DNA of 64,000 nucleotides from Eledone cirrhosa (Eukaryota): the NCBI GenBank assembly GCA_964016885.1, contig OZ024741.1:143096001-143160000 (forward strand). Reading direction: 5' to 3'. The position numbers and the translations under genes are program-made. The stretch's first letter is position 1, and each line of letters opens with the position of its first letter. The notes under the pieces were generated by a model. That model searched no databases and was not told where the DNA came from. It was given only the letters and a program-made list of their open reading frames with translations. Positions 50,629 through 61,742 of this stretch are shown in pieces.

Positions 50629-51086
50629 TGTTATACTTGGGGAGGGTCATATTGTTGTAATAATATTGCCAGAAATAATAACAGAACACACTCACTGTTT
50701 GGTTGGTTTTCGCTTCTACATCTTTTATATCTCCATAGTTAATTCATTTGGCCATCAATGTTTATCACTGACTGACCAACAATCAAAAATACAGATATAA
50801 ATATATATATATAGTCTAACAAAGTTCTTTCGTTGCACATCTGCAACATCATCAGTGGTACTATTATCATGTTTCCGCTGCTGTATTGTATGTATTGTAA
50901 TGTCTACGCCAAATTTATATCTGAATTTTTTACCGTTGGTCAGTCAGTGATAAACATTGATGGCCAAATGAATTAACTATGGAGATATAAAAGTTGCAGA
51001 AGCGAAAACCAACCAAACAGTGAGTGTGTTCTGTTATTATTTCTGGCAATATTATTACAACAATATGACCTTCCCCAAGTATAACA
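50629..51086. repeat. Fold-back element (~175-bp arms) with a hammerhead motif in the spacer
   Basis: Arms 50629-50801 and 50913-51086 are near-identical in inverted orientation (ORFs 50582+ and 50930- encode almost the same peptide). Confidence 0.92.
50811..50864 (-). ncRNA. Minimal type I hammerhead ribozyme motif
   Basis: Minus: atagtacca CTGATGA t GTTGCA gatg TGCAAC GAAA gaac TT tgtta(ga)ctat; perfect 6-bp stem II, stem I with one mismatch and a bulge. Confidence 0.72.
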
Positions 51087-51267
51087 TTATATGAATATAT
51101 ATATACACATATAAATGCATATGTAATTAGGGATTTTAAATTAACCATCATAAAATAATTATATTTTCTTATAATTTAAGTGTTCTATATACATGTACCA
51201 AATACGAGCAGTTTCTCAATTGACATTATCAGTATATATTCCTTTGTATATCATTTAAACTTATTGT

Positions 51268-51325
<58 letters not shown>

Positions 51326-51894
51326 GATAACAAGTTATCGTTATAGGTAATCCAGTTAGATATATCATTATTTAACGTCCATCTTCCACGCTAGCATGGG
51401 TTAGACGGGTTTGTCCCATTTGAGACGAATTTGGTTGGGTGACTGTGTCTCGCTCGTATAGGACTGTTTCTATATATATGTGTGTATATGTATATATATA
51501 TTTATATATAACCTTTCATAAAGTGGCCTTGGAGTAGAAGAAATGGAGATCTGTGACACATGATGGGATCAGGATCTTCAAGCCCGGTTGTATCCATAAG
51601 TTACGAGAAGCAAAGAGATGACGAAGGACCGAGAGATGCTGTGCTGAATAGGACCCGTCCCACCCTTGCAAGCAGGGAAAAGCGGACGTAAAATGATGAT
51701 GATGCTGACTAACAACATGCCCCAATAAACCTCATCCTTGGCAAGTCTAACATGTCATGCACAACATAAACATCCAACTGAATGAACTGAATAGGATGTT
51801 CGGATTCTTATATGTTGAGCCCAGAAGCTCATCAGGCTGGTGCTTACACACACATCATTATCACTGTTTAACATCCATTATGCATGAATAAAAT

Positions 51895-52011
51895 AATATA
51901 TATATATACATACATATATATATATATATATACACATATACATACATATATGTATATGTATACATATATACATACATATATGTATATGTATACATATATA
52001 CATATATATAT

Positions 52012-52042
<31 letters not shown>

Positions 52043-52291
52043 CATATACATACATATATGTATATGTATACATATATACATATATATATATACATACATA
52101 CATATATATATATATACATACATACATATATATATATACATACATATATATATATATATATATACATATATATACATATACATATATATATACATATATA
52201 CATATATATACATATACATATATATATACATATACATATATACATATATATATATACATATATATATATATACATATACATATATATATAC

Positions 52292-52340
<49 letters not shown>

Positions 52341-52347
52341 TATACAC

Positions 52348-52396
<49 letters not shown>

Positions 52397-52511
52397 CATA
52401 TATACATATACACATATACACATATATATATATACATATACATATATATATATACATATATACATATACACATATATATATATACATATACATATATATA
52501 TATACATATAC

Positions 52512-52542
<31 letters not shown>

Positions 52543-52612
52543 CATATACATATATACATATATATATATAGATACATATATATATATATATATACATATA
52601 TACATACATATA
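51895..52612. repeat. ~720-bp compound (TA)n/(TACA)n microsatellite
   Basis: Directly visible; source of the spurious YI/YM-rich ORFs. Confidence 0.98.
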
Positions 52613-53240
52613 TGGTGGCTGCCAACTCGTTTTCGAGTACGGCCACTACTTTATATCCATGTAGGAGAACCCCTACCGAAGCACTGAACGAGTGTGACTT
52701 TTTAGTCCAGCCAGCGACTTGAAAACTCTGGTACAAACACTACACTTGTGACAATTATTGACACATAGTGCTGGGCCCATGGTACCATGTGAGGACAAGT
52801 GCAGAGAGATCTCCAGATATAAAGCAATGCCTGTGCCGTGAAGCTTTTATAGTGAGCAAATGCACTGCACAAAGCCAGTCCCACTCTCTTAACCAAGATG
52901 ATATTTACCAAAAAGAAGAACAAGTCAACATCATTGGATACCATCAGGGTTGCATGTGTTATATCAGAGTTTTCCTTCTCCTAGAATTCTGACTTGACAA
53001 AGGCTAAGGGGTCATCTCTCCCGGTGATTTTGGATGGCCATTGACTCTTAAGAGCTCCTTTGCCCTTTGACAGGTTTTGTTTTTAGTCCTGCAGGATGTC
53101 CAAAGTCACCCTCCTCACCAAGAAACCTTGGTGGGGTTGCCAGTTTAGTCGCCAACGACCCGACCATGAGACAGGTTGTACTGGGATACATGTTACCAGT
53201 AGCACCAACTGGTGACCAGTAGCACCAACTGGTGACCTGA
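52613..53240 (-). mobile_element. Putative bipartite non-autonomous RTE derivative (5'UTR joined to a C2H2-finger 3' end)
   Basis: Minus: RTE-5'UTR-like 'ctaggagaaggaaaactctga', then [21 protein letters not shown] and a short 3'UTR running into the (TA)n tract. Confidence 0.6.
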
Positions 53241-53464
53241 AATAAACATACATATATACATATATATATATACATATATAAACATATATATATACATATA
53301 TATACATATATAAACATATATATATATATATATATATACATATAACGAAGGAAGTGTGGTAAGGAACCAGATGGACCATAACACACCAGGGTACTCAATA
53401 CTTAGGGTAGTAGGAAAATGTTTAACTCCGACGGGAGAGCTCAAGCCGTTTCGATGGCTATTTC

Positions 53465-53853
53465 TGGCTTAGTGGTTAGAACATTGGCCTTGCAATCGAA
53501 AGGTTGTGAGTTCAATTCTCAGACTGGATGATGTGTTGTTTCCTTGAGCAAGACACTTTATTTCACATTGCTCCAGTTTACTCAGCTGTAGAAATGAGAT
53601 GATAGGGACTGGGGTCCCTATCATTCCACTGCAAAGTGGTCGTGGAGGTGCCAAGGCAAAACAAAAAAAAAGAAAGCACCCAGCCCACACTGTAAAGTTG
53701 GACGTGTAGGCGCTACGGAAAAAAAGCACCCAGTATTCACTGTAAATGGGTTGGTGTTAGGAAGGGAATCCAGCTGTAGAAATCAAGCCAGAATCAGTTC
53801 CCGTCCCACCATTGCAAGTAGGGAAAAGCGGACGTAAAATGAAATGATAATGA
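53465..53853 (+). mobile_element. SINE family B
   Basis: Nearly identical to 60026-60421. Confidence 0.9.
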
Positions 53854-53892
53854 TATATACATACATATATCAATTAATTAATTTGATTAGAT

Positions 53893-54331
53893 GTACCATG
53901 TGACGACAAGTGCAGAGAGATCTCCAGATATAAAGCAATGCCTGTGCTGTGAAGCTTTTATAGTGAGCAAAGGCACTGCACAAAGCCAGTCCCACTCTCT
54001 TAACCAAGATGATATTTACCAAAAAGAAGAACAATTCAACATCATTGGATACCATCAGGGTTGCAGGTGTTATATCAGAGTTTTCCTTCTCCTAGAATTC
54101 TGCCTTGACAAAGGCTAAGGGGTCATCTCTCCCGGTGATTTTGGATGGCTATTGACTCTTAAGAGCCCCTTTGCCTTTTGACAGGTTTTGTTTTTAGTCC
54201 TGCAGGATGTCCAAAGCCACCCTCCTCACCAAGAAACCTTGGTGGGGCTGCCAGTTTAGTCGCCAACGACCCGACCACGAGACAGGTTGTACTGGGATAC
54301 ATGTTACCAGTAGCACCAACTGGTGACCTGA
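53893..54331 (-). mobile_element. Second copy of the RTE-5'UTR-like segment (3' part missing)
   Basis: Direct repeat of ~52782-53240. Confidence 0.8.
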
Positions 54332-54444
54332 CATATATATATACATACATATACATATACATACATATATATATACACATACATATATATATATATATGT
54401 ATATACATATATATATATATGTATATATTCATTTCATTAATTCA

Positions 54445-54771
54445 TTTCATTTTACGTCCGCTTTTTCCCTGCTTGCAAGGGTGGGACGGGAACTGATTCT
54501 GGCTTGATTTCTACAGCTGGATGCCCTTCCTAACACCAACCTCATTTACAGTGAGTGCTATGTGCTTTTGCCGTGGCACCTCCACGACCACTTTGCAGTG
54601 GAATGATAGGGACCCCAGTCCCTATCATCTCATTTCTACAGCTGAGTAAACTGGAGCAATGTGAAATAAAGGGTCTTGCTCAAGAAAACAACACATCACC
54701 CGGTCTGAGAATTGAACTCACAACCTTTCGATTGCAAGGCCAATGCTCTAACCACTAAGCCATGTGCCTCC
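54445..54771 (-). mobile_element. SINE family B
   Basis: Nearly identical to 40928-41266. Confidence 0.9.
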
Positions 54772-54784
54772 ATATATATATATA

Positions 54785-55465
54785 GGCCTCGTGCACCAGG
54801 ACTGAACAAAGTCTGATTCATAGCCTTGGGTCCCATTCCCCTCTTGCACTCAACTCACCTCCCCCATTTTTCTAATAACCTGTCCATTATCACACCCCTA
54901 GATTCCTATCGCTTTCTTTTGACCATTGACATCTTCTCTTACAACTAATACAGGCCGACTATATATGCTCACTCCACTTTTCCTTTCACTGCTCTGTATA
55001 CACACATACACAACCTTATATTAACATACTTTTGATCATAGCTTCGTACACATGCACACACACTCTTTTACTCACATATACACACATTTCTTCTTAGTTT
55101 CGTACGGACATATAATAACACACACACATGCTTACGCGTAGCTCTTTTTACAAAATGGTTTTCTTTCCATTTCAGGTAGACGCGCTCCATCCTCCACTTT
55201 TCTAAAAAATAAATCATACACAAAATGCCAGCACCAACAGTTTTGCAAGAGATGTCAACATGAATGGACCTGTTATTTTTATCTAAAGAAATTTTTTCCA
55301 ATTCCAACCCGCCCGTCCCCTCAATCTATCTTATTTCTCATTCTTTGTTCTGGTGAAGGTCTAGCGTCCGAAACGTTAAGACCCTCTACCTGCTATATCA
55401 AGCGTTAACCTATTATAACCCTTCCATATACTGTACTGATTGTGTTGTTATTTGTTTACCTTTTA
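54785..55465 (+). mobile_element. Penelope-like element 3' end (GIY-YIG C-terminus + pLTR with hammerhead)
   Basis: RARTEQSLIHSLGSHSPLALN resembles the R..E..LI..LGT..P.GLN end of PLE GIY-YIG; 'ctggtgaaggtctagcgtccgaaacgtt' at ~55350-55378. Confidence 0.75.
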
Positions 55466-55477
55466 CATACATATAAA

Positions 55478-55690
55478 ACGCTGTATTGTGGCCGTGTAGG
55501 CAACACGGTAAAAACCTCCCAGCCCCACACTGTAAATGTGGTTGGTGTTAGGAAGGGCATCCAGCTGTAGAAAACCCATCAGACAGTCCACGCTGTAATG
55601 TGCCTCAAGTGGGAAAACCCCCGTCCAAACCCATGCAAGCGTGGAACACGGACGTAAAAACGTTGATGATGATGATGATGATGATGATGA
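55478..55690 (+). mobile_element. Young RTE 3' tail (extreme 5' truncation) with (GAT)n
   Basis: Matches 23748-23960. Confidence 0.9.
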
Positions 55691-55714
55691 TATATATATA
55701 TACATATATATAAA

Positions 55715-56079
55715 CAATGAGTTATTTAATTTGTTGATTATTCAACAAAGTTAATTTATAACAGATTAGAAGCACTCAACAGCATTCTTCTGGAGTATAA
55801 TATCAGTAATATTAATAAATGGAGACTATCTTTATAAAACCATATTTATTTTATTATATATATTTCAAAGGTACCAATATTTTGGTACACTCTCATCAGA
55901 TAAAATACAAAAATTGGTTTACAGATGGTGACATATCTACATATGAACTTAATGTTATGAGTTCTATACACATAGAACTCATAACATTAAGTTCATATTT
56001 TGTATTTTACCCTTGAAATATATGTAATAAAATAAATATGGTTTTATAAAGATAGTCTCCATTTATTATATATATATAT

Positions 56080-56110
<31 letters not shown>

Positions 56111-56200
56111 CAATTCAATATATTAATAAATGGAAACTATATTTATAAAACCATCAGTTATAAAATCTTAAGCTTGTTGAATCCCAACAAATTAAATATA
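55715..56200. mobile_element. Hammerhead-bearing fold-back element, copy 1
   Basis: Shares leader 'caatgagttatttaatttgttgattattcaac' with the 57035 copy; inverted arms, apex hairpin 55941-55998. Confidence 0.8.
55847..55907 (-). ncRNA. Type I hammerhead ribozyme motif, intact core
   Basis: Minus: TATTTTAT CTGATGA gagt GTACCAA aata TTGGTAC cttt GAAA tatata TA ATAAAATA; perfect 8-bp stem I, palindromic stem III. Confidence 0.8.
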
Positions 56201-56205
56201 ACCTC

Positions 56206-56250
<45 letters not shown>

Positions 56251-56299
56251 AAACAGGGAGAAAAAGACGATTATTAGGAAGAAATGGGCGAGACAGATT

Positions 56300-56940
56300 G
56301 TTGCATTTGTGGCAAGTCAGGTCAGGTGACCATGTCTTGGCTCATACAGAACTGTTTCCTAACACCAGCCACTTTTCCAGTGTGGAACTAGGTGTTTTTG
56401 TTGTGATACTAACAAGACCATTTTACAGTGTGGACTGGACACTTTTTGTTGTCACCAAAATGACCAGTTTACAGTGAGAAATGGGGGGACGTGGCAGGGA
56501 GAATAGGGGTTAAGTGGTACATACTAGATGTATGCTTCAACCCGTGCACATGGAAAGGCGGGTCTGCTGTATTACTGTATAACGCAAAATATCTCAATCC
56601 TGTGTCAGCTTTACCACCTCATCCCAGGTCTTCCTACTCCATAGCTTCTATCAACTTTGATCAACATGCACATTTTTATACAATGATCAACCTTCATATG
56701 CAACCTCTTATCTTGTACACTGCATATCATCTCTCTTATGCCTAGTTTCTCTCTTAATTCATTTATGCTTTGCCATTTATGAATATTACTATTACATATT
56801 CATCGGAGCATGCAGGTTTCATTTCTTTCCAATCTTCGCAGGTCCTCTGCACACAGTGTCCTGATTTCACTACCATGCAGCATTGCTGCTGTTACACATG
56901 CATCATAGAACCTGCCCTTCTTTTTGAGGGAAAAACCTTA
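56300..56940 (-). mobile_element. Old RTE 3' fragment
   Basis: Minus: KGRFYDACVTAAMLHGSE, EDLRRLERNETCML, then tail modules. Confidence 0.8.
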
Positions 56941-56950
56941 CACACACACA

Positions 56951-57034
<84 letters not shown>

Positions 57035-57035
<1 letters not shown>

Positions 57036-57449
57036 CAATGAGTTATTTAATTTGTTGATTATTCAACAAATTTAGTTTATAATAGATTAGAAGCACTCTA
57101 CAGGCTTCTTCTGGAGCATAATATCAATAATATTAATAAATGGAAATATATATTTCAAGGGTACCAACATTTTTGGTACGCTCTCATCAGATAAAATACA
57201 AAAGTTGTTTTACAGATAGTGACATATTCAAGACAAGAACTTAGCCTTTTGAGTCCTGTTTGAATAGAGTTTTGAGTTCTATTCAAACAGAACTCAAAAC
57301 GCTAAGTTCTTGTCTTGAATATGTCTATCTGTAAAACAACTTTTGTATTTTATCTGATGAGTGCATACCAAAGATTTTGGTACACTTGAAATATATATAA
57401 TAAAATAAATATGGTTTTATAAAGATAGTTTCATTTATTAATATTATTG

Positions 57450-57452
<3 letters not shown>
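57035..57452. mobile_element. Hammerhead-bearing fold-back element, copy 2 (hammerhead cores on both strands)
   Basis: Inverted arms ~57122-57268 and 57278-57452; ctgatga..gaaa on minus (57146-57198) and plus (57346-57407). Confidence 0.85.
57346..57407 (+). ncRNA. Type I hammerhead ribozyme motif
   Basis: TATTTTAT CTGATGA gtgca TACCAAA ga t TTTGGTA cactt GAAA tatata TA ATAAAATA; base of stem II imperfect. Confidence 0.68.
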
Positions 57453-57503
<51 letters not shown>

Positions 57504-57939
57504 TATACACACACACACACACACATGCATACATCACCATTCAGCGTCTATTTTTAAGTTTCCAAAGAAAGGTGTGTGTGGGGGTACCACTTTGGGGGTA
57601 ATTAAGGAGCCTCCACAGATCCCAGTGAAGGCATGTGGCTTAGTAGGTAGGATGATGAACTTATGATTACAATGGCTTGGGTTTGATTCCTAGACTGAGT
57701 TTTCTTTAGAAAAACACTTCATTCCACCTTACTCCAGTACACTCAGCTGAACATGAGTGTCAACAGTAGCTAGGCGGTTAACCATTTGATTGACTAGCAT
57801 CTCCTCTAGGAGGAAGTTTTACACTCTCAGTTACTTAATGCCAAGGAAATTGGGATAAGTACTGGCTTGATCCTCTTTAAACATTTTTTAGACAGATCCC
57901 AGATAACTTCCATACCATTCTTTCCAAGTTGAACATAAA

Positions 57940-58320
57940 GTTGATGAGTGCTTCACCAAGAAATGAGTATATTTTTACTCCTTTCAGCTTCATCCACCAC
58001 ACAGCTTCTTTTGTCAGTCACTAGAGACAGGAAAATCGCCAGCATTTCCTGGCCAAAAGAAGCCGGATGCATCATACACGAGACAACAGCTGTTCGACAA
58101 AACGCACCATGTCAGAAATGTATGGGCATCATGTAAATGGATAGAAAACGGTTTCATTGCTCAGAGTGCATTTTGGATAAACTCTCCTGACAACATTTCA
58201 GTGCCGATAGAGTTTGTCTCCAACTGGTAATGCCCAACTTGGGGAGAGCTGTGAGCACTTGACAATATTCCAGGAGACAAGTGCCAATAAAAACCACAAA
58301 CCATACCAGCTAGTTTGAAC
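57940..58320 (-). mobile_element. Tx1/L1-like LINE C-terminal zinc-knuckle fragment
   Basis: Minus: ALPVGDKLYRH..PKCTLSNETVFYPF..CPYI, resembling the zf-RVT CCHC region. Confidence 0.6.
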
Positions 58321-58529
58321 CCACACACTATATGTGTGTGTGTGTGTGTATTCAAAGTCAAGGATATGAAATTATCATTTATTCATTCATTTGTAGGTAT
58401 GTTTCAATACAGATAAAATATCACATTCATTTGCAGAACAATGCATTTAAAATTCAAAATTATAAGGTCAAGGGTATATATAAATATCAATATATATACA
58501 CAGGAGAACAAGAGGATGGATACATGCAG

Positions 58530-58890
58530 TGATGCCTCCAGCCCACACTGTAAGGTGGTTGTGATGGCGACACAACAAAAAGTACCCAGCCCACACTGTA
58601 AAGTGGTTATGATGGCAACACGGCAAAAAAGCACGAGCCCACAGTGTAAAGCTGAAGCATATAGACAGTATGCCCCCACTCCCTCCCTCCCATTGTAAAG
58701 TGGTTGTGTAGATGTCAACAAAAAAGCCCCCAGTACTCACTGTAAATGAGGTTGGCATTAGGAAAGGTACCCAGTGGTAGAAACCAAGCCCAAATCAGTT
58801 CTGTATGTGCAAGACATAGTCACCTGACCTAGCATTGCCCACAACAGGATAACTCATTTAACCCATGCTAGCGTGGAAAAATTGACAACA
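58530..58890 (+). repeat. RTE tail with ~5 tandem ~48-bp modules
   Basis: Repeated 'cagcccacactgtaaagtggttgtg..ggc.acac.acaaaaaag'. Confidence 0.8.
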
Positions 58891-59189
58891 AACATGGCAC
58901 TGGAACTGATTATAATCAGATAATTATCTGCAACAAAGTTTGAATAGTCAACTTGAACTTTACCACCATGTGCTCATAGGTGACACTTCAAGCCAGTATT
59001 CAAAAGGCACACTTTAGGGCACACAGGGCATTTGAAAACCAATGCTTGAGAAGATTCAACATTATCATCCTTACAGGGTCGATAAAATTAAGTACCAGTA
59101 ATGTACTAACTAAATTGCTGGCCTTGTGCCTAAAGTAGAAACAATTATTACTGTTGGGCTCATTCTCCTGCATTTGACAGTTCTGCATG

Positions 59190-59940
59190 TATTACCCTCT
59201 CCATTCCAAATGGCATTTCTCCAGACCACTCTATCTACTGCACATGATTCAAGAATTTTGTAGGATATGTTAAGGCATTTTAAGTTCGCTTTTAGAGTCT
59301 CTGTATATCCCCCTTGGCTTACTATTTAACCTTTTGCCCAGCTTGAGTTTGCCATAAAACATTTTCTTGAAGCTGCACCTGTCACTGATATGAATTATGT
59401 GACCTGTCCATCTTAACTGATTCCTAATAAGCATATTTTGTGCAGATGTAACTTTTGGTCTAACAAGAATCTGTGTCTGGAACGAATGTGTTCCAGCCTA
59501 TCTTGAGTATATGCCAGAGGCATTTTTGGTGAAACTACTCCAACATTTTAATATGCCATGTGTACAACGTACATGTCTTGGATAAATACAATAGTACAGA
59601 ATGTACAAATTAATCATATACCACAATCTTAGTCTCCAATTTAATGTGACGATGTGACCAGACTTTAATTCCTTGTCCGCCAAAGGCTTTTGTTGCCTTT
59701 TGTATACAAGATGTATTTTCAATATCCAATTTGCCATCCTGTCAAGGTATTCAAATGAGGTCACCGTCCTTAGCATTGCGCCCTTGAATTTGAGGTGGAG
59801 CTGTCTGCTCCCTAGGAGCAGGTTGATGCATTATAACAGACTTTTTCAAATTTATTATAAGACTGAATACATCACCAGCAGTGTCTAAATCACTGATCAG
59901 GCTTTGCAAGTCATCCTCAGGATGACTTATTAGGTTGCAG
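59190..59940 (-). mobile_element. BovB-type RTE LINE fragment, old
   Basis: Minus: HPEDDLQSLI, KSVIMHQPAP, WTGHIIHISD..KKMFYGKLKLGKR. Confidence 0.75.
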
Positions 59941-60025
59941 TTAGAAGGTCATGGATCAAAAAGGTGAAGACTTTAGAGTTAAATCTCATTCTAGTCTCAT
60001 ATATATATTAATTAACATATATATA

Positions 60026-60421
60026 GGAGGCACATGGCTTAGTGGTTAGAGCATTGGCCTCGCAATCGAAAGGTTTGAGTTCAATTCTCAGACCGGGTGA
60101 TGTGTTGTTTCCTTGAGCAAGACACTTTATTTCACATTGCTCCAGTTTACTCAGCTGTAGAAATGAGATGATAGGACTGGGGTCCCTATCATTCCACTGC
60201 AAAGTGGTCGTGGAGGTGCCAAGGCAAAACAAAAAAAAGAAAGCACCCAGCCCACACTGTAAAGTTGGACGTGTAGGCGCTACGGAAAAAAAGCACCCAG
60301 TATTCACTGTAAATGGGTTGGTGTTAGGAAGGGAATCCAGCTGTAGAAATCAAGCCAGAATCAGTTCCCGTCCCACCATTACAAGTAGGGAAAAGCGGAC
60401 ATAAAATGAAATGATAATGAT
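60026..60421 (+). mobile_element. SINE family B, full length
   Basis: tRNA head 'ggaggcacatggcttagtggttagagc', CORE-like domain, RTE tail. Confidence 0.92.
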
Positions 60422-61025
60422 ATATACATACATATATCAATTAATTAATTTGATTAGATGATTCTATTGACTGATTAATCATTTGTGTTTGTTTAATAAC
60501 CTGCTGGTTGAGAGCTTCATATTCACTATGTTGAACGGAATCAATTCCTTTGTTCACACTTTGAATTTGCCCGCCCAAAATACGGATGTGTTTCTTCCTC
60601 TGCCGGAAAATGTGTGCTACTATAGTCATTTACGGTGACGCCTCACACCGGGTCTTAGGCTAAGAACGGAAACCTGTTGATAACGTCATTCCACGTTTTG
60701 GTCTACACTACAAATGCCACAAACTTGCATACTGCGCAAGTCGGATTGTTGATTTTGGTTTCACAGAAACCAATCGAGGATATTGTATAATATCCTTCGT
60801 TACAGTCCAGGTTTGTTATTTAACCTGATTGTGTTTTTCTTGTTGTGTTCTGTGGCTTCGTCACAGTTTCAATTTGTCACGCTATTTAAAGTATGTTTAT
60901 TATTCTAAGATACAACTTATCGATTTATCGATACCTTCTTATTGTGTTTCGTGCAACTTCCGAATTGTTTTTTTTTGTGGATACTGGCCGACTGCCGCAA
61001 CTTTGATTTTACTAACTTCCGTTCT

Positions 61026-61059
<34 letters not shown>

Positions 61060-61096
61060 CACATATATATATACATATAAACATATATAGAATCTG

Positions 61097-61622
61097 CTAA
61101 AAGCCGAACTTCCATGTGATGATTAGAAAGGAGTCTGGGTACCTAAAGGTCGACTGATGGTTCAGGAAGCGATCCGTAAATCGGCCCAACGCCATACCCA
61201 CATAGGATTTGACCTCCTGTGGTTGATTTGGTCGGTTGGAAGTGACCACAGCTTCATAAACTACAGCGGGTGTGTTGCATTGCTGTTGAAGGGGACAAGC
61301 TTCAGGCTTTCGGCAAGAGCATTCTGGTGGGGCGCCGCTCTTAGGACTGTTGGTGATGTGGGCCTTCATATTCTTAGCGCAGGAGTACCCTAGTTTTACT
61401 GTGTGTCTGTAAAAGATGGAGTGGTATTTGTGACCTATGGGAAAGTGTCTTTCTAAGAGGGCTAAACATTTTTGTCCTACATTATTTTTAACGTTGAGTG
61501 AGAAGCAAGGAGAGAACCAGATAGTTTGTCTATTGTTACGATTGCTTTTCTTATTGCTGCTGTTGTCAGTGAAAGAGTAAGTAATTGGTTGCGAGAAGCC
61601 GCTGTTAGCTAACGCCGTGTTT
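61097..61622 (-). mobile_element. Penelope-like (Naiad-like) fragment: RT thumb, CxCx5Cx5C linker, GIY-YIG endonuclease
   Basis: Open frame TIWFSPCFSLNVKNNVG..HFP..KLGYSCAKNM..CSCRKPEACPLQQQC..VVYEAVV..SYVG..RFLNH. Confidence 0.85.
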
Positions 61623-61742
61623 CATCACGTATAAACATACATATATATACATATAAACAGATATATATATATATATATAAGAAGGGAAGCAGAGGAAAGA
61701 AAGTTCAAGCATGTTCTACAACGTGAGGACCAAAAACGTGAG

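Noticed and set aside
51861-52736. Long ORFs (243-291 aa) rich in Y/I/M/C
   Set aside because: Translation of a (TA)/(TACA) microsatellite, not genes
53440-53466. 'cgaaacggc' hammerhead-like half-site on the minus strand
   Set aside because: Cut off by a SINE; core cannot be verified
60026-60100. tRNA-like sequence with A/B boxes (also SINE A heads)
   Set aside because: No complete cloverleaf; continues into a SINE body present in many copies
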